NCBI GenBank assembly: GCA_050733935.1
Contig: JBOHUC010000016.1
Location: 6,088 to 70,087 of the forward strand
Origin: Candidatus Eiseniibacteriota bacterium
Lineage (GTDB): Bacteria > Eisenbacteria > RBG-16-71-46 > DASYSL01
Length of the DNA: 64,000 nucleotides
Reading direction: 5' to 3'
The number at the start of each line of letters is the position of its first letter. Position 1 is the first letter of the stretch. Under the pieces are notes generated by a model that was not told where the DNA came from, did no database searches, and saw only the letters and a program-made list of their open reading frames with translations. Below are positions 1 to 9,611 of this stretch, in pieces. The position numbers and the translations under genes were made by a program.

Positions 1-1300
1 GCGCCACTTGGTCTCGGATCTCGAACGAGTCCCGAACGGCGGCCGCGATCCCCTCCCCGGTATCGTTCGACGTGTGCATCTCCGCAAGAAGGCCACCGGG
101 TTCGACCGCATCGCCGACTTTCACATGAAGAATGATTCCAACCGCAGGGTCGATGCGCTCCCCGGCCTTTCTCCGCCCGCCGCCCAGGGCCACCACGGCC
201 TCGCCGACCGCGTACGAATCGATCCCCGTGACGCGGCCCGAGCGCGGCGCGACGACCGGTTCGACCCGCCTCGCGCGCGGCAGGCCTGCCGGCTCGTCGA
301 GCACGGAGACGTCCCCTCCCTGCTCCCGCACGATGCGACGGAATTTCTCGAACGCCGCGCCGCTGTCGAGCACGCCCGTGGTGCGCGTCCGGGCCTTCTC
401 GAGATCGCGCTCGAGTCCGGCGAGCACGAGCATCTCGGACGCGAGGGCGAGCGTGAGCTCGCGCACGTCGCCTGGACCGCCGCCCTTCAGGATCTCGACC
501 GACTCGGCGACTTCGAGCGCATTGCCGACCGCGCGTCCCAGAGGCTGGTCCATGTTCGTCACGAGCGCGGTCGCCCGTCGCCCGAGGCGCTTCGACACGT
601 CGAGCAATCCGCGCGCGAGCGTTTGCGCCTGCTCGAGCTCACGCATGAACGCGCCCCGTCCGGTCTTGACGTCGAAGACGACCGCCTCGGTGCCGCTCGC
701 GTACTTCTTGGACAGGATGGACGCGATGATGAGCGGAATGGACTCGACGGTCGCCGTCACATCGCGGAGCGCGTAGAGCTTGCCGTCGGCCGGGGCGAGG
801 TCCTTCGTCTGGGCGCCGAACGCGAGCCCGAGCTCGCGCACCTGGCGCTGGAAGCGCTCCGGATCGAGGGCGGTCGTGAAGCCTGGAATGGATTCGAGCT
901 TGTCGAGCGTTCCGCCCGTGTGGCCGAGACCGCGCCCCGAGATCATCGGAACGTACGCCCCGCAGGCGGCGACGAGGGGTGCGAGCGGCAGCGAGATCTT
1001 GTCGCCCACTCCGCCCGTCGAATGCTTGTCCACGGTCGGGCCGGGGAGACCTTCGAAGCGGAGCACCCGTCCCGAGTGCAGCATTGCTTCGGTGAGCTCG
1101 AACGCTTCGGCGTCGTCGAGGCCCTGGAAGTACACCGCCATGAGCCAGGCCGACATCTGATAGTCGGGGACGTCGCCCCGCGTGTACGCGTCGATCCACG
1201 CGCGAACGGCGCCCGGTGCGTGCCGGGCGCCGTCTCGTTTCGCGCGCACCATGGCGCGCGCATCGACCGTCGCGCGCGGATCGCCGGGATCGCGCGCCAT
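1..1300 (-). CDS. deoA: Pyrimidine-nucleoside/thymidine phosphorylase. The C-terminal end runs off the window start.
   Basis: Manual minus-strand translation from the ATG at 1298-1300 gives MARDPGDP...KHSTGGVGDK...SGRGLGHTGGTLDKLE..., the hallmark PYNP motifs. The 8..1942 plus ORF is its antisense. The start overlaps the deoC stop (ATGA). Confidence 0.85.
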   Translation of the reverse strand, partial: MARDPGDPRATVDARAMVRAKRDGARHAPGAVRAWIDAYTRGDVPDYQMSAWLMAVYFQGLDDAEAFELTEAMLHSGRVLRFEGLPGPTVDKHSTGGVGDKISLPLAPLVAACGAYVPMISGRGLGHTGGTLDKLESIPGFTTALDPERFQRQVRELGLAFGAQTKDLAPADGKLYALRDVTATVESIPLIIASILSKKYASGTEAVVFDVKTGRGAFMRELEQAQTLARGLLDVSKRLGRRATALVTNMDQPLGRAVGNALEVAESVEILKGGGPGDVRELTLALASEMLVLAGLERDLEKARTRTTGVLDSGAAFEKFRRIVREQGGDVSVLDEPAGLPRARRVEPVVAPRSGRVTGIDSYAVGEAVVALGGGRRKAGERIDPAVGIILHVKVGDAVEPGGLLAEMHTSNDTGEGIAAAVRDSFEIRDQVA

Positions 1301-2232
1301 CAGTACGTGCCTTCCACCTTCTCTCCGCGCAGGATCTTGATCGACGCGCTCGTCCCGAGGCGCGTCGCGCCGGCTTCGATCATCTTCATCGCGTCCTCCT
1401 GCGTCCGGATTCCGCCGGCGGCCTTGATGCCCATGTCCGACCCCACGACCTGCCGCATGAGCTTCACGTCTTCGAGCGTCGCTCCCCCGGCCGCGAACCC
1501 GGTGGACGTCTTCACGAAATCCGCTCCGGCCGCCTTCGCGAGCGAGCAGCCGGCGATCTTCTCCTCGGTCGTGAGGAGCGCCATCTCGAGGATCACCTTG
1601 GAGACGACGTGCGGCCCGCACGCCTCGACGACCGCGCGGATGTCGCGCTCGACGCGCGCATGGTCGTGCGACTTGAGCGCGCCGATGTTGATCACCATGT
1701 CGATCTCGCGTGCGCCGTCCTCGATGCAGCGGCGGGTCTCGAACGCCTTGACCTCGGTCAGCGTGGCTCCGAGCGGGAATCCGACGACTGTGCACACCTT
1801 GACGGCCGAGTCGCGGAGGAGCCCGGCACAGAGCGACACCCATGTCGGATTGATGCACACGGACGCGAAGCAGTTCTCGGACGCCTCGCGGCACAGGCGC
1901 TCGATCTCCGCGCGGGAAGCCTCGGGCTTCAGGAGGGTGTGATCGATGCGGGCGCCGATGCCCGTCTGATCGGGCGGACAGTATCCGAGGCCCGTCGAGA
2001 CGCGCGTGGCGCCGACCGAGAGCGCCGATTCGACCTCGACCGCGCAGTGGTCCGCGCAGGGTCCCCACGCGTCGCAGCGATCGCAGCCCGGACGGCCGCC
2101 CGTCGAACGTGGATCGCGCGCGTACCCGTGCATCGCGGCCGCGGCGGCCCCGGGCGAAGCGGATCCGGAGAGCTCGGCGACGACGAGGCGCGTGATGCGG
2201 TCGATCAGCTCTTCGCGGGAAGGGGTCGGCAT
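1300..2232 (-). CDS. deoC: Deoxyribose-phosphate aldolase with a Cys-rich N-terminal extension
   Basis: [44 protein letters not shown] motifs. Start chosen at MPTPSREEL (ATG 2230-2232), not at the upstream in-frame Met of the listed ORF. Confidence 0.85.
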   Translation of the reverse strand: MPTPSREELIDRITRLVVAELSGSASPGAAAAAMHGYARDPRSTGGRPGCDRCDAWGPCADHCAVEVESALSVGATRVSTGLGYCPPDQTGIGARIDHTLLKPEASRAEIERLCREASENCFASVCINPTWVSLCAGLLRDSAVKVCTVVGFPLGATLTEVKAFETRRCIEDGAREIDMVINIGALKSHDHARVERDIRAVVEACGPHVVSKVILEMALLTTEEKIAGCSLAKAAGADFVKTSTGFAAGGATLEDVKLMRQVVGSDMGIKAAGGIRTQEDAMKMIEAGATRLGTSASIKILRGEKVEGTY

Positions 2233-2242
2233 GCGTCCTGGC

Positions 2243-2656
2243 TCAGCGGTCTTTCGATGACGCGTCCGGCGAGTACGAGCGGAAAGGGCGCGGCATGAGT
2301 TCGGCCAGGCGCTGCCGCTCGACCGGGCCGGATCGTCCAACAAGCAGGATCTCGAGATCCGGGACGAACTCGAGCAGGACCTGGCGGCACGAGCCGCACG
2401 GCGGCGTGGGCTCCGTGGCTTCGGTCGCGACCGCGAGCGATTCGAAGTCGCGCTCTCCCGCCGTCACCGCGGCGTGCACGGCCGCCCGTTCCGCGCACAC
2501 GGAGAGCCCGAGGGAGGCGTTCTCGACGTTCGCTCCGCGGAACACGCGGCCCGAGCGCGTCCGGAGCGCCGCCCCGACCGGAAAGTTCGAGTACGGAGCG
2601 TGCGCGTTCTTGAGAGCTGCGCGCGCCTCCGCGATCAGCGCATCCGTGTCGCTCAA
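2243..2656 (-). CDS. cdd: Cytidine deaminase
   Basis: CAERAAV...PCGSCRQ zinc-binding motifs, 137 aa. Confidence 0.85.
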   Translation of the reverse strand: MSDTDALIAEARAALKNAHAPYSNFPVGAALRTRSGRVFRGANVENASLGLSVCAERAAVHAAVTAGERDFESLAVATEATEPTPPCGSCRQVLLEFVPDLEILLVGRSGPVERQRLAELMPRPFRSYSPDASSKDR

Positions 2657-2865
2657 CCGCCCCCCCGGGATTTCCGCGCCGGACCGGCGGCCTTCACGAG
2701 TGAGAGTGGAGCGATGCGTGCGAGCAGGAGCCGCTGCACCGCTTCCGGGCCGAACGAAACGCGATACGCGAGCGCTTCCCCCGCCCCTGTGATCGCGAGG
2801 ACGAGACCCTCGCCGAAGGACGGATGCGCCACAGTGTCACCGACCTGAAATGCCGGAACGCTCAT
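2653..2865 (-). CDS. Small protein with a UvrD/PcrA-Tudor-like (DUF3553-like) G-D-x-V-x-H-x-x-FG-x-G motif
   Basis: 70 aa, FQVGDTVAHPSFGEGLV. 4-nt overlap with cdd. Non-R-rich composition. Confidence 0.4.
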   Translation of the reverse strand: MSVPAFQVGDTVAHPSFGEGLVLAITGAGEALAYRVSFGPEAVQRLLLARIAPLSLVKAAGPARKSRGGG

Positions 2866-4069
2866 CCAACACCTCCTCTATGTCCGTCGGCGGAGCCACG
2901 CGCGGGTCCATCTCCCCGACGAGCGTGATCACGCGCCACGGCTTGCCTCCGCGCAAATAGACGCGGGTCACCCGCTTTCCGATGGTGCAAAGGATTTCGT
3001 AGGGCAGCGTCTCGCTCCAGCCGGCGAGCTCTTCCGCCGGGATCGACGCCCCGTTCTGCCGGCCGAACAGCACGACGGGATCGCCCGGCCGGGGCAGGCG
3101 CTCCTGGGCGAGATCGGTCAGGTCCACCATCGTGAGGTCCATCGTGACGCGACCGACGATTGGAACGCGGCGCCCGGTCACCAACATAGCACCGCGATTC
3201 GAGCACAGCCACGAATAGCCGTGTCCGTAGCCCACCGGCACCACGCCAATCACGCTGTCGCGCGCGGTCACGAACGTACGGCCGTACGAGACGGGCCGCC
3301 CGGCCCGCATGCGGCGCACCTGGACGAGACGAGAGCGGAACGACATCGCAGGCTTGAGATCCGCGGCTCCCTGCGCGTGCGGCGGCTCGAGTCCGTACGC
3401 GGCGAGCCCGGGACGCACGAGCTGCATGCGGCCCTCGGGAAGCCGGAGCGTGGCGGCGGAATTCGCGGCGTGGACGAACGGCGGCGTGAGCCCGCGCTCG
3501 CCGAGCGCGCGCAGCACTTCCTCGAAGCGCAGAACCTGGTGGCGCGAGAACGTCAGGTCCTCGGCATCGGCGTCGGGAAAGTGCGTGTAGACGGAACCGA
3601 CGCGCACGCCGGGCAGCGCGTCCACGGCGGTCAGGAAGTCCACCGCTTCGGTCGCGTCGATGCCGGTGCGCCCCATCCCCGTGTCGACCTCGACGTGGAC
3701 GCGGCACGGCCGTCCGCGCTCGAGGGCGGCCTGCGACAGCTCGCGCGCGAAGTCGAGCGACGGCAGCGTGGGCTCGAGGCCGTGCACGAGCGCCTGCGGA
3801 ATCTCGCTCGCGAGCAAGGGCGAGAGCACCCACACGTCCTCGGTGACCCCCGCGGCCCGAAGCTGCATGCCCTCGTGCAGGGTCGCGACGCCGAACTGGC
3901 GCACGCCCCGTTGGGCCGCGGCACGCGCGACCTCGACGGCGCCGTGGCCGTACGCATCGGCTTTGACGACGAGAAGGATTTCGCGATCCACGTCGGTCGC
4001 CCGACGGATCGCATCGAGATTGGAATCGAGGATGTCGAGATCGACTTCGACCCACGACGAGAAGGGCAC
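2837..4069 (-). CDS. alr: Alanine racemase
   Basis: VVKADAYGHG PLP-lysine motif, overall Alr architecture, 410 aa with a C-terminal extension. Confidence 0.85.
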   Translation of the reverse strand: MPFSSWVEVDLDILDSNLDAIRRATDVDREILLVVKADAYGHGAVEVARAAAQRGVRQFGVATLHEGMQLRAAGVTEDVWVLSPLLASEIPQALVHGLEPTLPSLDFARELSQAALERGRPCRVHVEVDTGMGRTGIDATEAVDFLTAVDALPGVRVGSVYTHFPDADAEDLTFSRHQVLRFEEVLRALGERGLTPPFVHAANSAATLRLPEGRMQLVRPGLAAYGLEPPHAQGAADLKPAMSFRSRLVQVRRMRAGRPVSYGRTFVTARDSVIGVVPVGYGHGYSWLCSNRGAMLVTGRRVPIVGRVTMDLTMVDLTDLAQERLPRPGDPVVLFGRQNGASIPAEELAGWSETLPYEILCTIGKRVTRVYLRGGKPWRVITLVGEMDPRVAPPTDIEEVLDERSGISGR

Positions 4070-4184
4070 GGAACCTCCGGGACCGGGAGAGGGGCGCGCA
4101 GGCCCAGTGTACGGGCGTGCGGCGGCGAGGGCAAGGCGGGCGAAGCGATTGTCGCGAGCCGGACCGGTCCGCTATTCTCGCGCC

Positions 4185-5015
4185 GTGAATCCCTCCGATC
4201 TCAAGACCGGCTCCGACGCGCGCGGCCAGGGCTTTCTCGAGCTCTGGGACGTGCTCCGTCGTTTGCGCGGCCCCGGCGGCTGTCCCTGGGACCGAGAGCA
4301 GACGCTCGCCACGCTCACGCCGTACATCACCGAGGAGGCCTACGAGATTCTCGACGCCGTCGCGGACGACAAGCCCGACGACATCGCCGAGGAGCTCGGC
4401 GACACGCTGTTCCTGCTCGTCTTCTGCGCCGACGTCCTGACGGAGAAGAGCCCGCACACGCTCGACTCTCTCTGCCGGGCGACTGCGGAGAAGCTCAAGC
4501 GCCGCCATCCGCACGTGTTCGGGGATCGGACGATCACGACCTCAGGCGCTTCGCTCCGCCAGTGGCAGGAGATCAAGCAGGAGGAGCAGCAGTCGAAGTC
4601 GCTCCTTGGGAAATCCCCCGCCTCGCTCCCGTCGCTGACCGCGGCGTTCCGGACGCAGGAGAAGGCCGCCTCGGTGGGATTCGACTGGCCCCGGGTCGAG
4701 GACGTGGTCGCGAAGATCGAAGAGGAGCTGGCGGAAGTGAAGTCGGAGCTTGAGGCGCGCGAAGGCGACGGGCCCGGACACCGGAGGCTCGCAGCCGAGA
4801 TCGGGGACCTCTTGTTCGCGGTCGCGAACCTCGCGCGCTTCGTACGCGTGGACCCGGAGCGCGAGCTGCGCGCGACCGTGAGCCGTTTTCGCACGCGCTT
4901 CCAGCACATCGAGGATTCGCTGCGCGACCAAGGCTCGCATCCGACGAAAGCGACGCTCGAGGAGATGGACGCGCTGTGGGAGGAAGCAAAAGCCCGCGAA
5001 GAGGAGAAATCGTGA
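4185..5015 (+). CDS. mazG: MazG nucleoside triphosphate pyrophosphohydrolase
   Basis: Tandem MazG domains (LELWDVLRRLRGPGGCPWDREQT...EELGDTLF; EELAEV...EIGDLLFAVANLARF). GTG start at 4185, in frame with the longer listed ORF. Confidence 0.8.
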   Translation: MNPSDLKTGSDARGQGFLELWDVLRRLRGPGGCPWDREQTLATLTPYITEEAYEILDAVADDKPDDIAEELGDTLFLLVFCADVLTEKSPHTLDSLCRATAEKLKRRHPHVFGDRTITTSGASLRQWQEIKQEEQQSKSLLGKSPASLPSLTAAFRTQEKAASVGFDWPRVEDVVAKIEEELAEVKSELEAREGDGPGHRRLAAEIGDLLFAVANLARFVRVDPERELRATVSRFRTRFQHIEDSLRDQGSHPTKATLEEMDALWEEAKAREEEKS

Positions 5016-5404
5016 TGGAGACCATTCCCCAGGACCGGAACGCGGCGCTCATGATGAGCCTCGCGCTCGGTCTCGCGCAGGCCGCGTATCAGCAAATGGG
5101 CAAGGTGAAGAACGAGCTCACCGGGAACATCGAGCGCAACCTCGAGGCAGCGCGGATCACGATCGACACGCTTGCCGCCCTCGAGCAGCGCACGCGCGGA
5201 AGCCGGACGGAGGAGGAGACGCAGATCTTTCAGCGCTCCCTGACCGAGCTCCGCCTCAACTACGTGGACGAGGTCAAGAAGTCCGGCGCGCCCCCGGCCC
5301 CCTCCGGGGAACCGTCCGCCGCGGGACCGTCCGCCGCGGAATCGTCCACCGAGGAGGGCTCCACGCCCGGCCATCGCCTCGACGAGGAAGTCGGGGGCGC
5401 GTAA
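5015..5404 (+). CDS. DUF1844-like small protein
   Basis: METIPQDRNAALMMSLALGLAQAAYQQMG... The ATG overlaps the mazG stop (GTGATGG). P/S/E-rich tail. Confidence 0.45.
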   Translation: METIPQDRNAALMMSLALGLAQAAYQQMGKVKNELTGNIERNLEAARITIDTLAALEQRTRGSRTEEETQIFQRSLTELRLNYVDEVKKSGAPPAPSGEPSAAGPSAAESSTEEGSTPGHRLDEEVGGA

Positions 5405-5416
5405 GAGTTCCAACCC

Positions 5417-8400
5417 CTACTGCAGCACCATCACCTTCTGTGCGACGCGCTTCCCCTCGACGTCGAGCTGAATGAAGTAGATGCCGGCGCTCACGCGATG
5501 ACCCTGGTCGTCCGCTCCGTCCCACAGCACCTGGTGCCGATCGGGACCGGGAAGCGTTCCTTCCATGAGGCTTCGGACCCGGCGCCCCGCAAGGTCGAAC
5601 GCCGCCAACCGGACGGGCGCAGCCGTGGAAAGCTCGAATTCGATACGAACCGAGCCCGTCGTCGGATTCGGCCGCGGCGACAGGAGCGCGATCCGCGCCG
5701 GCCGGGCTTCGGGTTCCTCGACGTCCACGGCCGTCGGTCCGCAGACGGGCGTGCTTGGACACGACGCATCGAACGCCGTGCCGCGGAACAACTCGACCTG
5801 GAAGAGCCGGCCGCGCGGCTGGTCCATGGCGTCGAGCAGCACGATTCCGACCGGGTTCGATCCCACGAACGGTGCGGTCGGCGGATCGATGAGCGACTGG
5901 ATCGGCGTCGGCGGCTGGATGCGGAGCGGCTGGGCCATGCGAAGCTTCCCCACGAGAGGCGATGAGATCTCGAGGAAGACGTCGAAGAATCCGTTCGCAG
6001 GGAAGAACGGTCCCGCGCCGAGCTGCGTCAGCGCACCGAGCGTCGAGATCTCCGGCCGGAGCCGGACATCGACCGGCCCGACGGGCGACGCGTTCGAATG
6101 GAGCCACAACGCCAGCATCTCCGTGGGCACGGAGTCGAGACCGTTCGGCAGCTCGACGGCGGCGCTGCGCTCGACCCGGAACCGCCCGGGAAGCGGGGCG
6201 AGCGTGACGATCCCCGCCCCCAGGTCCGCGACCACGCGTCCCATCGCGCAATACGCATCCCGACCGGGTTCCGGCGCCGGATTCCACTCGAGCTCGCTCA
6301 TCGGAGTCTGGACCACCTGCAGAAGGGAGCCGACCGGCTGGCCGGTCTGCCGGTCGAGCAACGGCACCGGACCGAGGCTCTGCAGCACGTCGCCGAGCGG
6401 CGGGAATCCGTGGATCTGGCCTTCGATGCGCATGGGAAGCGGATTGAACAGGGTCCGTGAGATCGCGGGGAACTCGATCTCGAAGAACACGTCGAAGAAG
6501 CTGTCCGCCGGATAGACCCCGGGGTCCACGAGCGCCTCGTCGAACAGCGCTCCGCCTGCCGAGACCAGCGTCGGCGATTCACGAACGATGAACGGGCCGA
6601 GCGTGGGATGCGTTCCGCGAAAATCCATCGAGAGGATCTCGAGCGGTCCTTTCCACCGCCGCGACGCGGGATCCCAGAGCGTGGCATCGCGCGACCACTC
6701 GAACGTGCCCTGCGCGACCATCGACCCCATGGTGTCGATGAAGAGCTGCAGTCCGCTCGTCGCCGAGGCAATGGGAGCTTCGATCACGAGGCTCGCATCC
6801 CCGAGGCTTCCCACGACCACTCCCGCGGTGTTGTAGAGCGGAACCGGCGTGGGCGAACCCACATGAAGGTCGCCGAACGGCGGAATGGACTGGCCCGTCG
6901 CCGCGAGATGGAGCGGATCCCGGTTGTGGAGGGTCGCCCCGTCGACGTCGATCTCGACGAAGACGTCGAAAAAGCTGTCGATCTGAAGCGGGGCGTTTCC
7001 TGTCGGCTGGCTGACGAGCCCGATCGAGGGCCGCGTGGGACTCTGGCGAAAGACAATCGGGCCGCGGCATCCAACCCCCTTCGAGTCGAAGGCGAGGATC
7101 TCCGTGTCGATCTCGGCCCGATGATCCCACGTGAACACCGGCTCCGCCCCGCGGAGCTCGACGGACGCGCTGGCGTGGTAGGGCTGGGGCCCGGCGGGCT
7201 GGAAGATCGTGGTCTGAAAGAAAACCCGGTTGCGCGCGACCAGCGTGGGATACGCGACGTAGCCGTGCGACGAATTGCAGAGGGTGGCGACGCAGCCGTC
7301 CTCGTCGTCGGGATCGAGATCGGGCTGGCCGAAATGCGTGCCGCTCGCTCGCAGGACGGGTTTGCCGAGAACGGTGACGCAAGCCGCCTCGTTCAGGATC
7401 CCGTAGAGTGCGCTGCCCGTGCTGCCTCGAACCATGCTTCCTTCGCTCCCCGCGTCCACGCTTTCGTTTTCGTTCGCTTCGAACTTCGTGCTGTTCACTG
7501 CGCTCAGCGTCCCGGCGCTGCCGTCCTTCGTCTGCGTGTGGTTGAGAATGACGGGACGCTGGGGGAATCCTTCAATGATCACAGCCTCTCCACCGCTGGG
7601 CTGAATGAGATTGCGCTCGGTAAAGCCGCTCGCGTGCGAGTACCCGCTCACTTCGTTCGGGCTCAGGATGAAGACCGCGTAGTCCGAGTCGAGCGTCTCT
7701 TCATCCAGGCAGGGTTCGGGGCTGGTTCGGAGTCGATACTGGTTGCGCGGCGTCGGATGCTGAATGGCCCCCTCATGGGGACTCGCGAGCGAAGCCGGCA
7801 CGTTGTACTCGACGATCAGGTCGCTGGGCTTGGTCAGATCCACGACCCCGGGCTGACCCGTACATGGGATCTGGTCTCCGGACACGTTGTGGATACAGGT
7901 GAGGCAGCTCCCGTCGACCAGGATGCAGTCGCCCGGGAACAGCGCAACCGAGGAGCACGTGACGTACGTCGTGTCCGACGATACAGGGTTGATTTGCATC
8001 GCGATCACGCGCCCCGCTCTCGCGTCCACTCCGTCTTCCTGGTCGAATGCACACGCCCAGGAGATTCCTCCCGACGCGGGAGCGAGTCCGTAGTGGATGA
8101 AGTCGACCGAAATGCCTTCGCCGGAGCTCCCCGCTCGCGCCCACAACTGGATGGTGACGGAGCCCCCGTTCAGGAACAGGGAGAAGTATCCGAGCGCGGG
8201 AGTCACCTGGCGGCCCTCGATTCTGTAGTTGGTGCCGTCTCCCGCCTCGAATCGAACGTAATCGCGTAACCCGAGCTCGAACTGGTCGAAGTGCACGCGG
8301 ATCCAGGTCGAGTTCGAAGGAGCGTTGAGCTGCACTTCATGCATAAGGGCCGTCGTTTCACCGGCGTTTCCATACGGCCCGGACTGGTAGCCAACGGGCG

Positions 8401-8485
8401 CCTTCCCGAAGGGCAGTTGGACCGCGAGAGTCGGCGTCGCAAGCAAAGCGACGAGAGATAGAATGAGAACGGTTCGTTGAAGCAT
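5417..8485 (-). CDS. Large secreted multi-repeat protein with a T9SS-type/FlgD-Ig-like C-terminal sorting domain
   Basis: Signal peptide MLQRTVLILSLVALLATPTLA. AGGAGG SD 8 nt upstream. Three internal repeats share the SFFDVFVEIDV / SFFDVFFEIEFP / GFFDVFLEISSP motif. C-terminus GIYFIQLDVEGKRVAQKVMVLQ is typical of a Por-secretion CTD. Confidence 0.75.
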   Translation of the reverse strand: MLQRTVLILSLVALLATPTLAVQLPFGKAPVGYQSGPYGNAGETTALMHEVQLNAPSNSTWIRVHFDQFELGLRDYVRFEAGDGTNYRIEGRQVTPALGYFSLFLNGGSVTIQLWARAGSSGEGISVDFIHYGLAPASGGISWACAFDQEDGVDARAGRVIAMQINPVSSDTTYVTCSSVALFPGDCILVDGSCLTCIHNVSGDQIPCTGQPGVVDLTKPSDLIVEYNVPASLASPHEGAIQHPTPRNQYRLRTSPEPCLDEETLDSDYAVFILSPNEVSGYSHASGFTERNLIQPSGGEAVIIEGFPQRPVILNHTQTKDGSAGTLSAVNSTKFEANENESVDAGSEGSMVRGSTGSALYGILNEAACVTVLGKPVLRASGTHFGQPDLDPDDEDGCVATLCNSSHGYVAYPTLVARNRVFFQTTIFQPAGPQPYHASASVELRGAEPVFTWDHRAEIDTEILAFDSKGVGCRGPIVFRQSPTRPSIGLVSQPTGNAPLQIDSFFDVFVEIDVDGATLHNRDPLHLAATGQSIPPFGDLHVGSPTPVPLYNTAGVVVGSLGDASLVIEAPIASATSGLQLFIDTMGSMVAQGTFEWSRDATLWDPASRRWKGPLEILSMDFRGTHPTLGPFIVRESPTLVSAGGALFDEALVDPGVYPADSFFDVFFEIEFPAISRTLFNPLPMRIEGQIHGFPPLGDVLQSLGPVPLLDRQTGQPVGSLLQVVQTPMSELEWNPAPEPGRDAYCAMGRVVADLGAGIVTLAPLPGRFRVERSAAVELPNGLDSVPTEMLALWLHSNASPVGPVDVRLRPEISTLGALTQLGAGPFFPANGFFDVFLEISSPLVGKLRMAQPLRIQPPTPIQSLIDPPTAPFVGSNPVGIVLLDAMDQPRGRLFQVELFRGTAFDASCPSTPVCGPTAVDVEEPEARPARIALLSPRPNPTTGSVRIEFELSTAAPVRLAAFDLAGRRVRSLMEGTLPGPDRHQVLWDGADDQGHRVSAGIYFIQLDVEGKRVAQKVMVLQ

Positions 8486-8689
8486 CGCGCGCCTCCTTTT
8501 TCCCGGAGAGGGAAGCCGGGCGGGCCGGCAGGAGAACGAGTGGGAGCGCGGTCGGAGGGGGGTGAGTCCCTGACGATCGTGGGGAAGCTTCGGTGGCCCG
8601 AAGGAGGGTGTTTCGACGGGGCGTGCGGGCCGTCCGTGAGGCGGGGAGTTCTGAGGTCCCGACGCGACGACGAATCGCGATCGGGAAGT

Positions 8690-8722
8690 TGCGGGAAAAT
8701 GCTAGGCCCGGATCCCCGGGCG
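8690..8722 (-). terminator. Possible intrinsic terminator after the secreted hypothetical gene
   Basis: GCCCGG-GGAU-CCGGGC hairpin 2 nt after the stop, followed by a U-rich stretch on the minus-strand RNA. Confidence 0.3.
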
Positions 8723-8723
8723 G

Positions 8724-9611
8724 TCAACCGTGAAGATAGCGCGCCGCCGCACGCGCCATTCGCGTATCGGGATAGAGGGACGCGAGCCTTCGAAGGCTCG
8801 GCCGCGCGGCCTCGATTCCCATGTCCGCCACGTAGACGTCGACCGCCGCCACTCCGAAGCACGCATCGTGGAAGTGGGCGAACATCTCCTCGAGCCAGCG
8901 CGACGGGTCGTTCGCGTAACGCGTGTGCGCGCGCACCTTCCAGAGTCCCCAGTACGCCGCCGTACGATATCCGGTCCGCGGATAGCGCTGGAGGACGGCC
9001 TCGTACAGGCGCGCGGCCTCGTCCTCCCGGCCGATCGCCGGACTCCGCAAGCGCGCGGCACGCGCGAGCGCGGCCCGCACCTGAAGCTCGGAGCCCATGG
9101 GTGTCACGATCCGGAAGCGCGCGAGCACGCGCGTCGTGTCCCCCGCCGCACGACGAATCTCGTAGCGGCCTGCGGGGAGGGGTCCGCCGATTCCCACGTC
9201 CAGCGGGTGACGTTCGGGAAGGGCTGCGATAGCACAGCTCCGCACGAGCTCGCCCACGCGCACGGTCGCGTCGCGTTCGTCGCTCGGGCCCCCGGCGGTC
9301 GCGAGCTGCCAGCGGTCAGAGCGTCCGTCCGGCGAGACGCCGAACAGGCGGAGCACGCCGCGAAGGCGCGCATCCGGGTCGATCCCTCCCGGGGCGTTCT
9401 CGTCGCACATCCAGACCGGCTCGTCTTCGAGGAACTCCGATCCGTCGAGGCGGCGCGCCCAGCTCTCGAGCGGGGTGGCACCGGCCGGGGCCGGTCCTGC
9501 TCCCGGGGCAGCGGCCAGCGCGACGACAGAAGCCGAGACAAAAGCCGCGGCGAGTGCGAGACGTGCGAACCCGACCGTGCGGGAGCTCACACGGCTCGCA
9601 GCACGGCGCAT
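8724..9611 (-). CDS. Secreted hypothetical protein
   Basis: Start trimmed to MRRAASRVSSRTVGFARLALAAAFVSASVVALAAAPGAG (signal peptide). The upstream 155 codons of the listed ORF are R-rich and overlap rlmI. Confidence 0.5.
   Translation of the reverse strand: MRRAASRVSSRTVGFARLALAAAFVSASVVALAAAPGAGPAPAGATPLESWARRLDGSEFLEDEPVWMCDENAPGGIDPDARLRGVLRLFGVSPDGRSDRWQLATAGGPSDERDATVRVGELVRSCAIAALPERHPLDVGIGGPLPAGRYEIRRAAGDTTRVLARFRIVTPMGSELQVRAALARAARLRSPAIGREDEAARLYEAVLQRYPRTGYRTAAYWGLWKVRAHTRYANDPSRWLEEMFAHFHDACFGVAAVDVYVADMGIEAARPSLRRLASLYPDTRMARAAARYLHG

Noticed and set aside
8-1942. 644-aa plus-strand ORF, plus nested ORFs (132-776, 639-1199, 780-1160, 943-1263)
   Set aside because: R/H/E-rich low-complexity translation. 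It is antisense to the well-supported pdp (deoA) and deoC genes on the minus strand.
3221-4753. Long plus-strand ORFs (3221-4753, the N-terminal part of 3660-5015) and minus ORFs 2862-4514 and 4340-5413
   Set aside because: Arg/Gly/His-rich and overlapping alr and mazG in other frames. Only the mazG portion from the GTG at 4185 shows family motifs.
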